Shown here one piece after another: positions 27,382-39,543 of a stretch of DNA of 64,000 nt. Origin of the DNA: Lytechinus pictus (lineage: Eukaryota); the NCBI RefSeq assembly GCF_037042905.1, contig NC_087260.1, positions 22,754,001 through 22,818,000 on the forward strand. The letters are read 5' to 3'. Numbering within the stretch: position 1 is the first letter of the stretch; each line of letters opens with the position of its first letter. Both the position numbers and the translations under genes were made by a program. The notes under the pieces were generated by a model. That model searched no databases and had not been told where the DNA came from. It saw only the letters and a list, made by a program, of their open reading frames with translations.

Positions 27382-30300
27382 TCATATTTTCATCTTGTTC
27401 AGTTCTTCGTAGTAGGGCATAGCTTGCTTGGCTAGTCTGATAACATCCCGTGGCATCTTTTCTACTTGAACCGTTGGTTTTAGCGGGAGGAACCCGTCTG
27501 AGAAGACTGCCGTTTCAAAAAATGCATTGGACAACTTGATGATGTCGTCGCTCGCTGTCTTCCAGGTCTTGGTGATGTCCGGAGAGGCATCCCAATGAAG
27601 TAGTGAATCACTGTAGGGAAGACCGGTCAGGTGACAGAACTTCTTCAGCACCTTCGCAGGGTTGGCCAACAGATCGTTTGTGTTGATGACAATTGGGTTG
27701 GGGTCCAGGTTGTCACGAATGTATTTCAAGAATTCTAAGATTGCGCTGTAGAACTCGTTAGCTTTCATGAGTGGGTCGTCATATTCAATGTCGAATGCCT
27801 CTTCGTCGTCCGGATCACCCGTTCGGATACCAACGTTTGCAAGATGTTTGTACAAGGCTATTTTGTAGGAAGTGTACAATCTGTAAGGATCCCGAATGAA
27901 GAACACGTGTTTGAATCCGGATGGTAGGTATGGTCGAGTTGCCTTGTCTTCAAAAGCGATATACCCTTCTTTTGCAAATATATACTTGCTACTGGATCGT
28001 TCAATGTTCTTCTTTACGTCTCCGTATCTAAACAAGTACAATGAAAATATTGGTAGATGCATTTTGATACTCAATTAGTTCTGATTTTCTTTTGAAAGTA
28101 TTTTATAAATACTAATTACTATGTGTAATTTGATATCCCCGACAAACAATTCTTACCCCCCTCCCCCGTTTCGCTCCCATCCCCTTCGATTTCTGATTCT
28201 TTACTTCTCCTTGCTTATGTTCACACACTTTTCATACATTTTCAATCCCCCCCCCCTTTGTTTCGTTTCTCCTCGTTCATCCTACCATGATTTATTCTTA
28301 TCTTTTGTTTTATCCAGCCCTTCAAGCCGGAAAAGCTTATGCCACGGCCTAGCGTCCGTCGGCTTTCGTCAGTCCATAATTTCAAAATGCTCCTTTTTCG
28401 GTTCCATGACAATTGCTCCGACGACATTTGCTCCGCCGACAATTGCTACGCAAAATACGACAACTGCTCCGCCGACAATTGCTCCGGACAGTTGCTCCGT
28501 CGACACTTGCTCCGCCGATATGTGCTCCGTCGACACTTGCTCCGCCGATATTTGCTCCGCCGATATTTGCTCCGCCGACATCTGCTCCGCCGACATCTGC
28601 TCCGCCGAAAATTGCTCCGCCGACAATTGCTCCGCCGATAATTGCTCCGCCGACATCTGCTCCGATTATACGACAATTGCTCCGCCGATATTTGCTCCGC
28701 CGACATCTGCTCCGATTATACGACAATTGCTCCGCCGACAATTGCTCCGCCGACATCTGCTCCGCCGTAAATTGCTCCGATAATGCGACAATTATTTTTT
28801 TTTTTTTAATTCGTACTTTCATACGCATGACAATTGTAGCACAGGCTGAAGGCGTCAATTTACCATGGAGCATAGCTCCATGAATTTACAAGGTAAACTT
28901 AAACTATGCTTGCATGATATATTATACAAATAGCGAATAGGCATGAGTGCGATGGTGCGAGATTTCGCATGAGGTGAAAGCAAGATGCTCTATTCAACGA
29001 GGCGTTAGCCGAGTTGAATAGAGTGTTTCTTTCTTTCACCGAATGCGAAATCTCGCACCATTGCACGAATAAGAATATTCGCTATTTGTGTTGTACAACG
29101 CCTCGGAGTTTAGCGAATTTATGAAAAAACAAAGAGTTTTTCCTGCAGTAATCTATGAAAAGGGAGCAAAAATATGGAAAGCGAAAAGCAAAATCCCACA
29201 AGCGAACACCTCGGGCAGCATTGCGCATTTAGCCTGCAGGCTATACGCGTATTAATTGCACCTGCATTTTTACTGAGCGCAATGAATTGAATCGTATTGT
29301 GACGTCACCTCCTAAAGCCGTGCAACGGTACATTTTGGACGGTACATTTTGGATGGTACGTCTTTTGTGCAGCGGTACGAATGTTTGACATTCAGCCTCC
29401 CATTTGCTCGCGTACAACAAGCTAAGTAGGCGTTGTACAATACATGTCATACACAGGGGCCGCGGAACGGTTTTCAAAGTGAGGGCTGAGTCAAAAGTGG
29501 GGGGGCTGTCCATGATAAAATCACAATCATATGGTCATTCTTACGTTTTTTGTACACGGCTTTGGAAAATTGGGGGGGGGGGGGGCTAAAGCCCCCCGGC
29601 TCCGCGGCCCCTGATACATGCATATAGAAAGAAATAGAAAAAAAGGGTAAGCACAAAGGAGGGATAGATATTCTTAATGCTTATTCATGGTGGGGGGAGC
29701 ATTTGTGTAAGTTTTATTACGTGCCTGGCGATTAAAATGAAGAAAAAAAAACGCGTTTTCATGTAAATATTATAACCATATAGCCAATTAGACATATCCC
29801 ATTCTTAGCGTCAAAATCGCTCAGACTGGCGAAATATGCTCCGAAGTGGAGCCATTTGCTCCAGGTGAAATTCAACGGTATACCCCACCTTATTTTGTCG
29901 AAAACCTGTACTGTAGTCACGCAAACATGACCAAGACATTCAGTAAGTAAAGAAAATACCAACTTGTGAAAGGCTACATGTCGTGTCACCTTCTCGGCAC
30001 ACCCCTCCACTCTGGTTTCCATATCCTCTCGTACACACAGTGCTCTCAGTCTGGTCTCCACATCCACATCATGTCATACACACCGTAAGTTTTTAGATTA
30101 TGATAATACTGTATATAATAGTGAGTTGGTTTTTGTTTTATGTTGATCATGATTGTTTTCTTCACTGATAGAAAAAGGATAATTAATTTTTTTTTAATAA
30201 TCCAAAAATAAAATCCATATGTTCTGTTTTATATAGTTATTAGTCAAGATTACTTTAGTTCGCATTAGTTCTCATTGTTTATACGTTCTAATTCTTATGC

Positions 30301-33300
30301 ATTATTCCGATTGATATTGTACTTTAAATTTGACTATGTATTGTTACTTTGATTTTGTTGTGCTTTGTGAACGGAAAATGAATAAATCTTAATCTAAATC
30401 TAAATATGGTCCGCCAATAGTCGAATTATATTCATTATGATGTTATAATGTAAGTAACAATTTGTTGTTGATGGGGGATATAATTTTACACGTATAGTTT
30501 CAAAAAATAAAAAAAATCAATCAAACAAGATTTTCTTCTATAAATGATATTCCTTCATGTGTATATGGCCGCCTATGTATTTTCCAAGAATGAACTATAT
30601 GAGAAGAAAACGTGTGTTCATGTACTTATTATCATTATCATTGTACCACCATTATCATCATCAGCATCATTATCAGCATCTTCATCATCACCATCATTAT
30701 CATTGTCGTCGTCGTTTTGCTTATGCGGAAATCAAACAAAAATGATTGTGAAAAGGGTTATGGAGGGAAAGAGAGAGAGAGAAAGAGGGGGAGTGAGTGA
30801 GAGCTTGAGGAAAAAAGGAGGTGTATGACTTATTATTTCTGAATATCGCGATTTCTGTTTATTCATGGGATTGAAATAGAAGGATAAACTTAACAAGTTC
30901 TTGTCATTATCATTTTTTTATTTGATTTGAGAGTAGTGTCATTTTCAAAACCTTTCTTAGCAGCAAGGAATACTGAATCTCATTTCCACAATGTGCATCT
31001 GAATGCACAATGCCTGTGTTTCTAACATGTACCCAAATTACCAAATTTAAAGAACACATGTTAAGATCTAATGAATCACCAAAATAATCCGTTCTATCAT
31101 GATCAGCAGGCATAACAGCCTATATACTCTTCAATACTTCAATTACAGTTTGTCGAAAGAAATAACACAAAGAAAAGGAAATATATAGAATTGTAACTCT
31201 GGTAAATATATCAAAAATATTCAATTAACGCATCGTGCTCTCATTTCTTTTACGAGATATCTCCCCCCCCCCCCCCGAGATATGCTTCATGTTTACAATT
31301 TAAAAAAGGCGTATAAATGTCCCCTTTCCATGTCAATAACAGCTCGTGCTTTGTGCTCGCATTATAAATTCAGTGAGATGCGTATTGGGTTTCATGAATT
31401 TGTAACTATATTATTGCTGGTATATATATTATTGTCTTTTAAAATTAACATTATTTGTTTAGACGTAATGAGAGAGATACATACATATATTCATTTATTA
31501 TAATATATTTATATTGTCGCTATTGCACAGAATAGAACAAAAATACAACCGAAGTCTAGTTTTATAGTAACTCACCAGTAGCGTAATGAGCCAACAAAAA
31601 AAAAATGGAGGGGGCGAGACAAGGATGACATTTATTTTCCTTTCCTTTATTCTTTTTTTTTTGGTAGGGAGAATGGGGGGATCCGTGACCCCTAGCACGC
31701 CCCTCCCCCATCTGTACGCCAGTGATGATCATACTTTCGTTTGAAACAAATTGAAAGAAAAAAAGTGCAAGGGTAGATAAGGCCGAAGACGTAAATAAAA
31801 ATTATTGATAAAAATATTAATAATTATAATACTGATAAATATACAATAAATCAAGCGGTCACCAATAAAAATAAACAACGTGAAAGAACAGAACGAGAAA
31901 GAGAGAGAGAGAGAGAGCCCGCGCGAATGTATGGTGTATAAGTTGCTGGAAAGCAGAAGAGATATTGTGTCCAGCACCCCCCCCCCCCCCCAAATTCTCT
32001 CCCCGCTCAAGACCGGAGTGAAACCAATGATAATAATATATGAACAAAAATCCAGATTCACAATTTCAATGGGGAGTGTGTCATTCCCCTTCTCCGTTAC
32101 AATTTGTCAAGTGGCAGCGGCAGGGAGAACAATTTGTTTTGTTTTTTAAGCAGAAAGCTGTGATGATAGGGGGAGAATAAAATAAATAAAACATTAACGA
32201 ATAACAAGAACAAAACAACGACAAAACAATTTGTATCTGGATGAATTTTTTATCATTTAACATAGACCAACTTGGAGAAATAAGATGTTCATGCAATTGT
32301 CGTATAATCGGAGCAGATGTCGGCGGAGCAAATATCGGCGGAGCAATTGTCGCGGAGCAATTGCCGTATAATCGGAGCAGATGTCGGCGGAGCAATTGTC
32401 GGCGGAGCAATTTTCGGCGGAGCAGATGTCGGCGGAGCACATGTCAGCGGAGCAAATATCGGCGGAGCAAATAACGGCGGAGCAAGTGTCGACGGAGCAC
32501 ATATCGTCGGAGCAAGTGTCGACGGAGCAACTGTCGGCGGAGCAATTGTCCGGAGCAATTGTCGGCGGAGCAATTGTCTTATTTTGCGTAGCAATTGTCG
32601 GTGGAGCAGATGTCGGCGGAGCAATTGTCGGGTCACCCCTTTTTCGTCATTCAATTCATTTCACATTCAAATATTTTCTGCAGTGGGGGTCTAAATTTAG
32701 GATAAAATTAGACCAACGTTCGGAATCAATTAAAATTTGGATAATTGTTATGGGTGAACATTCTCTGAAAACCAAAAACGGTCAAAATGTCACCTCTATA
32801 TCAGTATTCCAACTCAACAGTAAAAAAAAATATGACAAGCAGAAAACAAAAGCCATCAAAACTCTGTGCGAGGGTGGGCTCTCCTCCCCGTCCACCTCTT
32901 TAAAGTAGAACTATATTGAAAATCGTAAAAATGGAGAATCATATATCAAATTAAAGGAGAAAATAAGGAGAACACGATGGTGTAAATCATTTATCATGGA
33001 GACCGATGGAACTCAGTTAATTGATAGTTTAAAGTTCTCTCTCTGAATGCTTCAAACACGCAGAATTACGTCCGCGAAATTGGGGATTTTTTATGACGTC
33101 ACTTTCTGTACGAGAGGCGTGATTGGCTCTCCAACGTAAAGCTCCACTTGCATGCAGAACCTGTTGCGAGGGTGCGTTTTCTTCACATTGTCACTGAATA
33201 CTTCGATCCCGAAATGAAAGAAAACCCAGAATTTTATCTAGATTTGGATTTTCAAATTGATGATTATGAAGATGAAGAGAATGATGATGAAGTTTCTAGC

Positions 33301-35283
33301 TCTAGAAAAACAAAGTGACGTGGATAGAGGTATACATTAGGGGAATTACGCCGGTGATTATGAGTCGGACAATTCAACTTGCATGCCGATTCGCTACCAA
33401 CACATGCAGCTGATGGCTGCTCCGCGGGTCAAATCCATGAAAATGAATTCCATCACGACCACATCCAGACAGAGTCTCTTTCTTCTATTAACAACATAAT
33501 GAGAATGAAAATAATGATATAACTGTACTTACAAACAAGTGAATATATCCGAACCTAGGCTGAAGGTAAATCAACTCAAGGAATAACAGCAGACGATATG
33601 CACCGACGATGAATTTCACGTGGCTGGGAGATTGTCACTCGTTCTGTTAGATAAAATTTCTATCTCATTATTTTGACTAAATTACGAAACTCGGAGGATT
33701 AGTATTCTACATAAAAATTAAGTAACACCTGGTACTATTTTTTGAATTACGATAAAACCTTTTTGAAGCAAAGAAAATGAGGTAAATTAAAATTAGATAT
33801 AAATTAAGATCATCCGCCTAGCTCGCATTCGATTGTAAACAATCAGCAAGGCGAGCACATAGAGTTGGATAAAGCTACGCTCCAACTCTATGGGCGAGCA
33901 AGCCACTGAACTGAAAATACGTATTTTCAGTTCAGTGGAGCAAGCTGGCCATGTGCTTTTGGTTGTTTGTTTACAATCGCATGCGGCTAAGTGGATGATC
34001 CTTTATATCTTATTTTAATTTACCTCAATTTCTTTGCTTCAAAAATATTTTATCGTAATTCAAAAAATAGTACCAGGTGTTACTTAATTATTATGTAGAA
34101 TACTAATTATCCGAGTTTCGTAATTTAGTCAAAATAATGAGATATAAATTTTATCTAACAGAACGAGTGACAATCTATTCCAGCCACGTGAAATTCATCG
34201 TCGGTGCATATCGTCTGCTGCTATTTCTTGAGTTGATTTACCTTCAGCCTAGGTTCGGATATATTCACTTATTTGTAAGTACAGTTATTTTATTATTTTC
34301 CTTCTCATTATGTTGTTGATAGAGGAAAGAGACTCTGTCTGGATGTGGTCATGCTGCATGGAATTCATTTTCATGGATTTGACCCGCGGTGCAGCTAGCA
34401 GCTGCATGCGTTGGTAGCGAATCGGCTTGCAAGTTGAATTGTCTTACTCATCATCACCGGCGTAATTCCCTTAATTTACCACCATCCACGTCACTTTGTT
34501 TTTCTAGAGTTAGAAACTTTATCATCATTCTCTTCATCTTCATAATCATCAATTTGAAAATCCAAATCTAGATAAATTTCTGGGTTTTCTTTCATTTCAT
34601 GATCGAAGTATTCAGTGTCAGTGTGGAGAAAACGTACCCTCGCAACAGGTTTTGCATGCAAGTGGAGCTTGACGTGGGAGAGCCAATCACGCCTCTCGTA
34701 CAGACAGTGACGTCATCAAATTCGAGTCAATTCAGAGACCGATGCGAGGCATATTTCGGAGAGGCATTTTAGCGCTTTTTAATTGGCGATTTCCACCTTA
34801 TGTATTATTTTCGTTATTTTTGAATGACCTAATGGTAATCCTCACATCATTACCTTTCCACTGATATATAATAAGGCCATATTCATAATCAATATATTTC
34901 TCTTTTAAAGAAATAATAGAAATAAAAACAATTCCCAAGAATATGAGCCAGACAGATGCTTTTTAAAATCTAACATTGAGGAATATAATTTGTCGAGTTT
35001 TTTGTACTTACACAGCTCTTTGGGGGACTACGTCAGTACCAATGAGACGTCCAAACAACTTGGCAGCTTCCCGTACCTGCTCTTCACTGCCCTCATATTC
35101 CAGGGGCATTTTATTGCCAGTCTGACTCTCATACTCATTCTTCATAAAGTGCGCTCGTGTAAACCGTTCAAACCAAATCTCGATTCCTTCAACGCCACTC
35201 AGACACTTGCATAGAGCCGTGGAGATGGTTCTTGGCAAGACCCAAGCGATTATTTTAACCGGGGTGTCTTCAGAATCGGCCAT
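27382..35283 (-). CDS. Sulfotransferase-fold protein, array gene 5; exons 35283-35012 and 28027-27382; 305 aa; intron expanded to about 7 kb
   Basis: Both exons open and splice sites intact. The intron equals the gene 4 intron plus two large insertions (28400-32637 and 32904-34904). Confidence 0.85.
28400..32637. mobile_element. Foldback (TU-like) element, 4.2 kb, with terminal inverted arrays of a 15-bp repeat
   Basis: Arrays of TGCTCCGCCGACAAT variants at 28408-28780 and inverted at 32293-32630. GG...CC termini; 8-bp TSD CCTTTTTC (28392-28399, 32638-32645). Empty site visible in the gene 4 intron at about 22365. Confidence 0.88.
28920..29442. mobile_element. Asymmetric hairpin element nested in the foldback interior (possibly Crypton-derived)
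   Basis: Imperfect ~170-bp hairpin at 28925-29095 with loop GAGGCGTTAGCCGAG. The right end GGCGTTGTACAATA is complementary to both the left terminus and internal GTTGTACAACGCC. Confidence 0.5.
32904..34904. mobile_element. 2.0-kb TTAA-target DNA element (Kolobok-like), mostly one long palindrome
   Basis: TSD TTAA (32900-32903, 34905-34908); degenerate TIR AGTAGAACTATATTGA / AAGAGAAATATATTGA. Inverted arms at about 33093-33845 and 33965-34717. Empty site CCTCTTTAAAGAAAT in the gene 4 intron. Confidence 0.85.
33858..33937. mobile_element. Two ultra-short TIR-only insertions (35 bp at 33858-33892; 34 bp at 33904-33937), each with an 8-bp TSD
   Basis: GGCGAGCA-[CATAGAGTTGGA...TCCAACTCTATG]-GGCGAGCA and GAGCAAGC-[CACTGAACTGAAAATAC|GTATTTTCAGTTCAGTG]-GAGCAAGC. 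Confidence 0.8.
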
Positions 35284-36217
35284 TTTTGGTTAAGTGAGAG
35301 AAAATACAAACGAACGAGTTGCGCTAACGTATTTAAGATACGATAAGTTCTGAAGAGAAAAGAACCACATAGAGTATAACACAGGGTGGTGCTATCTTGG
35401 TGTCAGTAACCATTGACCTTGAACACACAAACGGCCAACAAAGCAATATTGATAATTTGGAATATAATTTTTGACCTTTGTACGTTGTGGATAGAATAAA
35501 CAGATAGGATACGAGGCCTCATTTATAGCTCCTATTTTTTATAAAGTTATTATAAATCAGTCCAAAGTCATCAGTTAATCTCATTGTCAACATTTCAGCT
35601 TGCATGGATTTTATATATCTCCACTTTATAACAAGTAATTTGCCCTTATTCCCTTGTCCTCTCTTACTCTATATTTGTCTGCCTCATAGCCTTATCCTTT
35701 GTCGTTCTCCCGTGGCTTTATCTTCTTTTACCCTTCATTCTCTCCTCCTCATTTTGGGGTTCTTTTCTTTATCGTTTCTGTAAGCCTCCTCTCTTTCTTT
35801 CTCTTTCAAACCATTTCCTGTATGCCTATATACTCCCCCGGCCCCCAACCCCCTTTTTTATCTCTCCTCTATCCCCATTACTATCTCCCATCCTCTTTCT
35901 CTCTGGTAATCCCCGTCCTGTCTTACCTTCCTCGCCCTAAATAAATAATTATATATCATGACAGAAACGAATGAAGAGAACAATATAGTTCCCCTCGACT
36001 ATTGTTCTCTTCACTCATTTCTTTCACTACATATTTGAATAAAAGATTTGCTAAATGCGTTGTGCATCTGTAATTTCTCACATATGTATATATATACATT
36101 TATATACCATTGTTCTCTTCATCCATTTCTTTCACACAATATTTAAATAAAAGAGTTGCCAAAGCTGTAGTACATGTATAACTTCACACATTTATATATA
36201 TACATTTATATATATAG

Positions 36218-37668
36218 TGTCACGAATTTGTATTTGTACTATACTGTCATTCTTGGTATTCATTGAGAGCAAAGCATTCTCGAGTTTGTAAATCGCATAG
36301 CTTGCGGGATGTCTACATCTCGTTCTGCCTGAGCGTCCTTCCAACATTCCCAGCTGAGGTCAGACATTATTTATTACCTGGGCCTCGCTCGTCAAGAGCG
36401 ACTGTCCTTCGCTTACGTAACGGCGAGGATAGTCTCTCAGTCGCGTGCGGCCTCGCCCAACGATGTCAGACCTCTGTCGCGTGCGACCTCGCCTGACCTC
36501 ACGCCGAGGACAGTTCTGTTTTGCATAAGTCCAGGGCCTCGATCGCTCGTAAACAGAGTCTGCCCTTGTGTTATGCAACATCAAGGACCGACTCTCAGTC
36601 GCGTGCAGCCCATCTATGCCGAGGACGAATGCTGTTCTTGGGAGAGGGATAGAAACAAGCTCAAGGATGCTTTGCTCGATTTAGCTCTCTATAAAAGGGG
36701 TGGTAATTCGCATTTGGGGAGAGTTCCTCGGGGCATGTCGTGGAGTCCTTTTCATTTGAGTGTAGTTGGACTGTATCCCCGGGGGGGGGCCACTTACATT
36801 GACGAGTGGATACCATGCGCGACCAAAAAAACACGTAAAAAGGATGTCTTTTTCAAGATAGGGCACGTTACGTACGTAACGTGATAAGGGTGTCAAAAAC
36901 ACAAAAATATTGAAAAAAGGGTATCTATTTCGCTCGGAAAATATACGTGTTTAGGGTCAAATATGCGGGGATGATAAAACAAAATCAAAATGTTTCATAA
37001 AGGATGTCCTTTTTGCCCCAACACTACGTGTTTAGAGTCCGATTTGCGCGAGGTGTGGAAGGTCGGGCCTTACTAAACCAAAATAATGGTGTGTAACGTA
37101 AAACCGACGATCGGACGGACCCGTGACATAACAATAAAATATCGCTGTACTTGTTTAGGGGTTCATTTCAGGGAATACTTGCCAAGAGTATCGTTTTGTT
37201 TCCAATACTTGTTAAGGGGTGCATTTTCAGAATATTGAAAATACATCGCTGTACTTGTTTAGGGGCTCAATTCTGGGAATACTTGCCAATACTTGTTAAG
37301 GGTAGGGTTTCACACGCCAATGCTTGTTAAGGGGTGCATTTTCAGAATATGGAAAATACGTGTTTAGGGTGCTTTTCAAGACCCCGTGGTCGCGCATGGT
37401 ATCCACCCGTCAATGGAAGTGGCCCCTCCGGGACTGTATCTTATTCTTCGAACGTGTTTATTAATAAATGGACAGTCTAACCTAAAAGTCAGCCCTGGTT
37501 GTTTCACTTTGCTGTTTCCCACTTGTGAGAGAATATAGACACATGTACAGATAATTGACTTACGTTCTGACGGAACTGAAAGAGTTGAAGTAAGAACTTT
37601 GATACAGAGACAGTGAGAGGAGAGAAAACGAACACTTGTGAACTCAGTGAGATCTGTGCGAGCCTACA
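36218..37668 (+). mobile_element. Putative solo LTR (about 800 bp) interrupted by a MITE
   Basis: TGT...ACA ends, internal direct repeats, TATAAAAG at about 36690, AATAAA at about 37464; flanks ATATAG/CTATAG form only an imperfect TSD. Confidence 0.5.
36778..37432. mobile_element. MITE with CCCGGG termini
   Basis: About 45-bp TIR (GCCACTT.CATTGACG.GTGGATACCATGCGCGACC); 8-bp TSD ACTGTATC at 36770-36777 and 37433-37440. Confidence 0.85.
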
Positions 37669-38317
37669 CTATAGTGGTTTAATAATTTCCAACCCCCCTT
37701 ATAAATTCCGTAACAATATATTATGTATATGTATATGTGTGTGTGTGTGTGATGGGGTGTGTGTGTGCGTGGGTGGATGGGTGTGTGCTGAGGCGTGAAG
37801 GTGTGTGTGAGTGTTCCGTGGGTGTGTGCATTTACACGAATCGTTGATTTTTTTGTAAATAATTTTATATTTTGTTGTTATTGTTGGGTTGTTTTGTACT
37901 AAATCATTCTAAATTAATTTAACATACTTAGTACTCAAGCGAGCGCGCACACTCACTCACCTTGCACTCAAACACCAATCACAAACACTTTTTGAAAATC
38001 ATACTCTTTCCATTAATGCAGTTTTACATTACAAAATTATGTAAAATACTGCATATCCTTTAGTTATAAACCCAATATACAATACAATAAACATGACAAT
38101 AAATACGAACAATTTAATAATTTTCTTCAATATAAAACTTCATAGCACTTTGACAAATAATTTTACTGTAGCATTTCATAAACACTCAAACACGTTTAAA
38201 AAGAAATTATACTATTGGATGGGAGCCTGGCATTCCTTGTATGCTTGCGTACTGTAAACGGCTGCGTCCTTTGGAGAGCATCAGGAGCAGGGGCGTTATA
38301 CGGTAATGTATACGTGA

Positions 38318-39440
38318 TTCAATTCAATTCAATGTTTATTTTTAAAAAAAACATGAGTCGCAGCCAAATCAATGGCTGAATTGGTCATGTATTAAAAGTA
38401 CAAACAATTAAAAGACTCGTTCCATTTTTCAAAAATTAAAAAAAAATAATAATCTTGGTAAAAACTTACAAAATGAATATGTATGTAGTAAATAAGGCAA
38501 GAATACTTGGGCAATGAAAATAAGTAGACATAAGATAATGAGGAAGTGGTAAATTAAGGAGAATAAAACAAAATAAGCAAGTTTTAAAAGATCATTAAAG
38601 TATGTGGATATTCAATAGAAGTGTTACTTTCCTATTAATTAAATAATATAAATTTTTATTGCAAGTAGGCATATTTAAGGTATTGCTTTCAAATGAGTCT
38701 TTATTCAGGAGATTTGAGAAATATGATATGGGGCTATTGCGGAATCGGATTGAAGGAGGTTACCATGTATTAAATGTTGGATGTTTGGTTGAAGACGTTG
38801 CGAAATCCAGGCTGAGTTTCTCCCTTCTGAATTAAAGAATGAGATGATAGGCAAGCACTGGCATAATAATCTGTGTAGTTTTGGCCCAACATGATTCTAC
38901 AAGCTCTTTTTTTTATTTGCTCTAAACTTTTTAAATTTTTCTGTGTCAGTCCACCATCAAAAACTTGAGTGCAGTATTCCATAACAGGACCATATAGGAT
39001 ATTTTGAGAATGTCAGAACATTTTGAAAGGTTCAACTTAATGTGGTTTAGGGAGCTCCACTGATCTATATATATTGGACATTGTAGAAATGTTAATTCGG
39101 TGTATATATTTTTTACGACATTCCAACAAAGTAAGATCGTCTTCATATTTATATAGACTGATATATATTCACTAGCATCGTTGATCATAATCAGGAAGAG
39201 AATAGAACCTAATTTAGTGCCTTTGGGGTACGCCACCGTGATTGGGTAATTAGACAAAGTGCCTGATATTTTTTTACACGGTTAACGATTCTTCCCCAAA
39301 AACTTATAATCATTATATGACATTGATTATTTAATGATGCAAGATCGTACATTGAGTTTGATCAACTTTCTAACGATGTTATGATCCAGCCTATCAAAAG
39401 CCTCGGTGAAATTAGTAAACACAACCGTGGATAGACTCTT
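38318..39440 (-). mobile_element. Degenerate L2/CR1-like LINE 3' fragment
   Basis: Frameshifted RT remnants PKGTKLGSILFLIMIND and LEQIKKRACRIMLG; AATAAA followed by (TTGAA)n tail at about 38318-38340. Confidence 0.7.
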
Positions 39441-39543
39441 GCTATGTTATATGTGAAAACTGTGTATTATCATTATTGTATATATTTTAAGTCAACTTTT
39501 TTTTCATTGCTCATCGTTTTAAATGATAGTAGTTTTACCTCTT

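Noticed and set aside
28121-28883. Overlapping ORFs with SADIC / APPT / QLLRR / SAEQ pentapeptide repeats (also 32081-32908)
   Set aside because: Translations of the 15-bp foldback arrays, open in most frames on both strands; not genes.
36940-37370. Telomere-like TTAGGG/TTAAGGG motifs near TERT; possible telomerase RNA template
   Set aside because: Dispersed subterminal motifs of a MITE, not tandem telomeric repeats; I saw no CTAACCCTAA template with supporting structure in the window.
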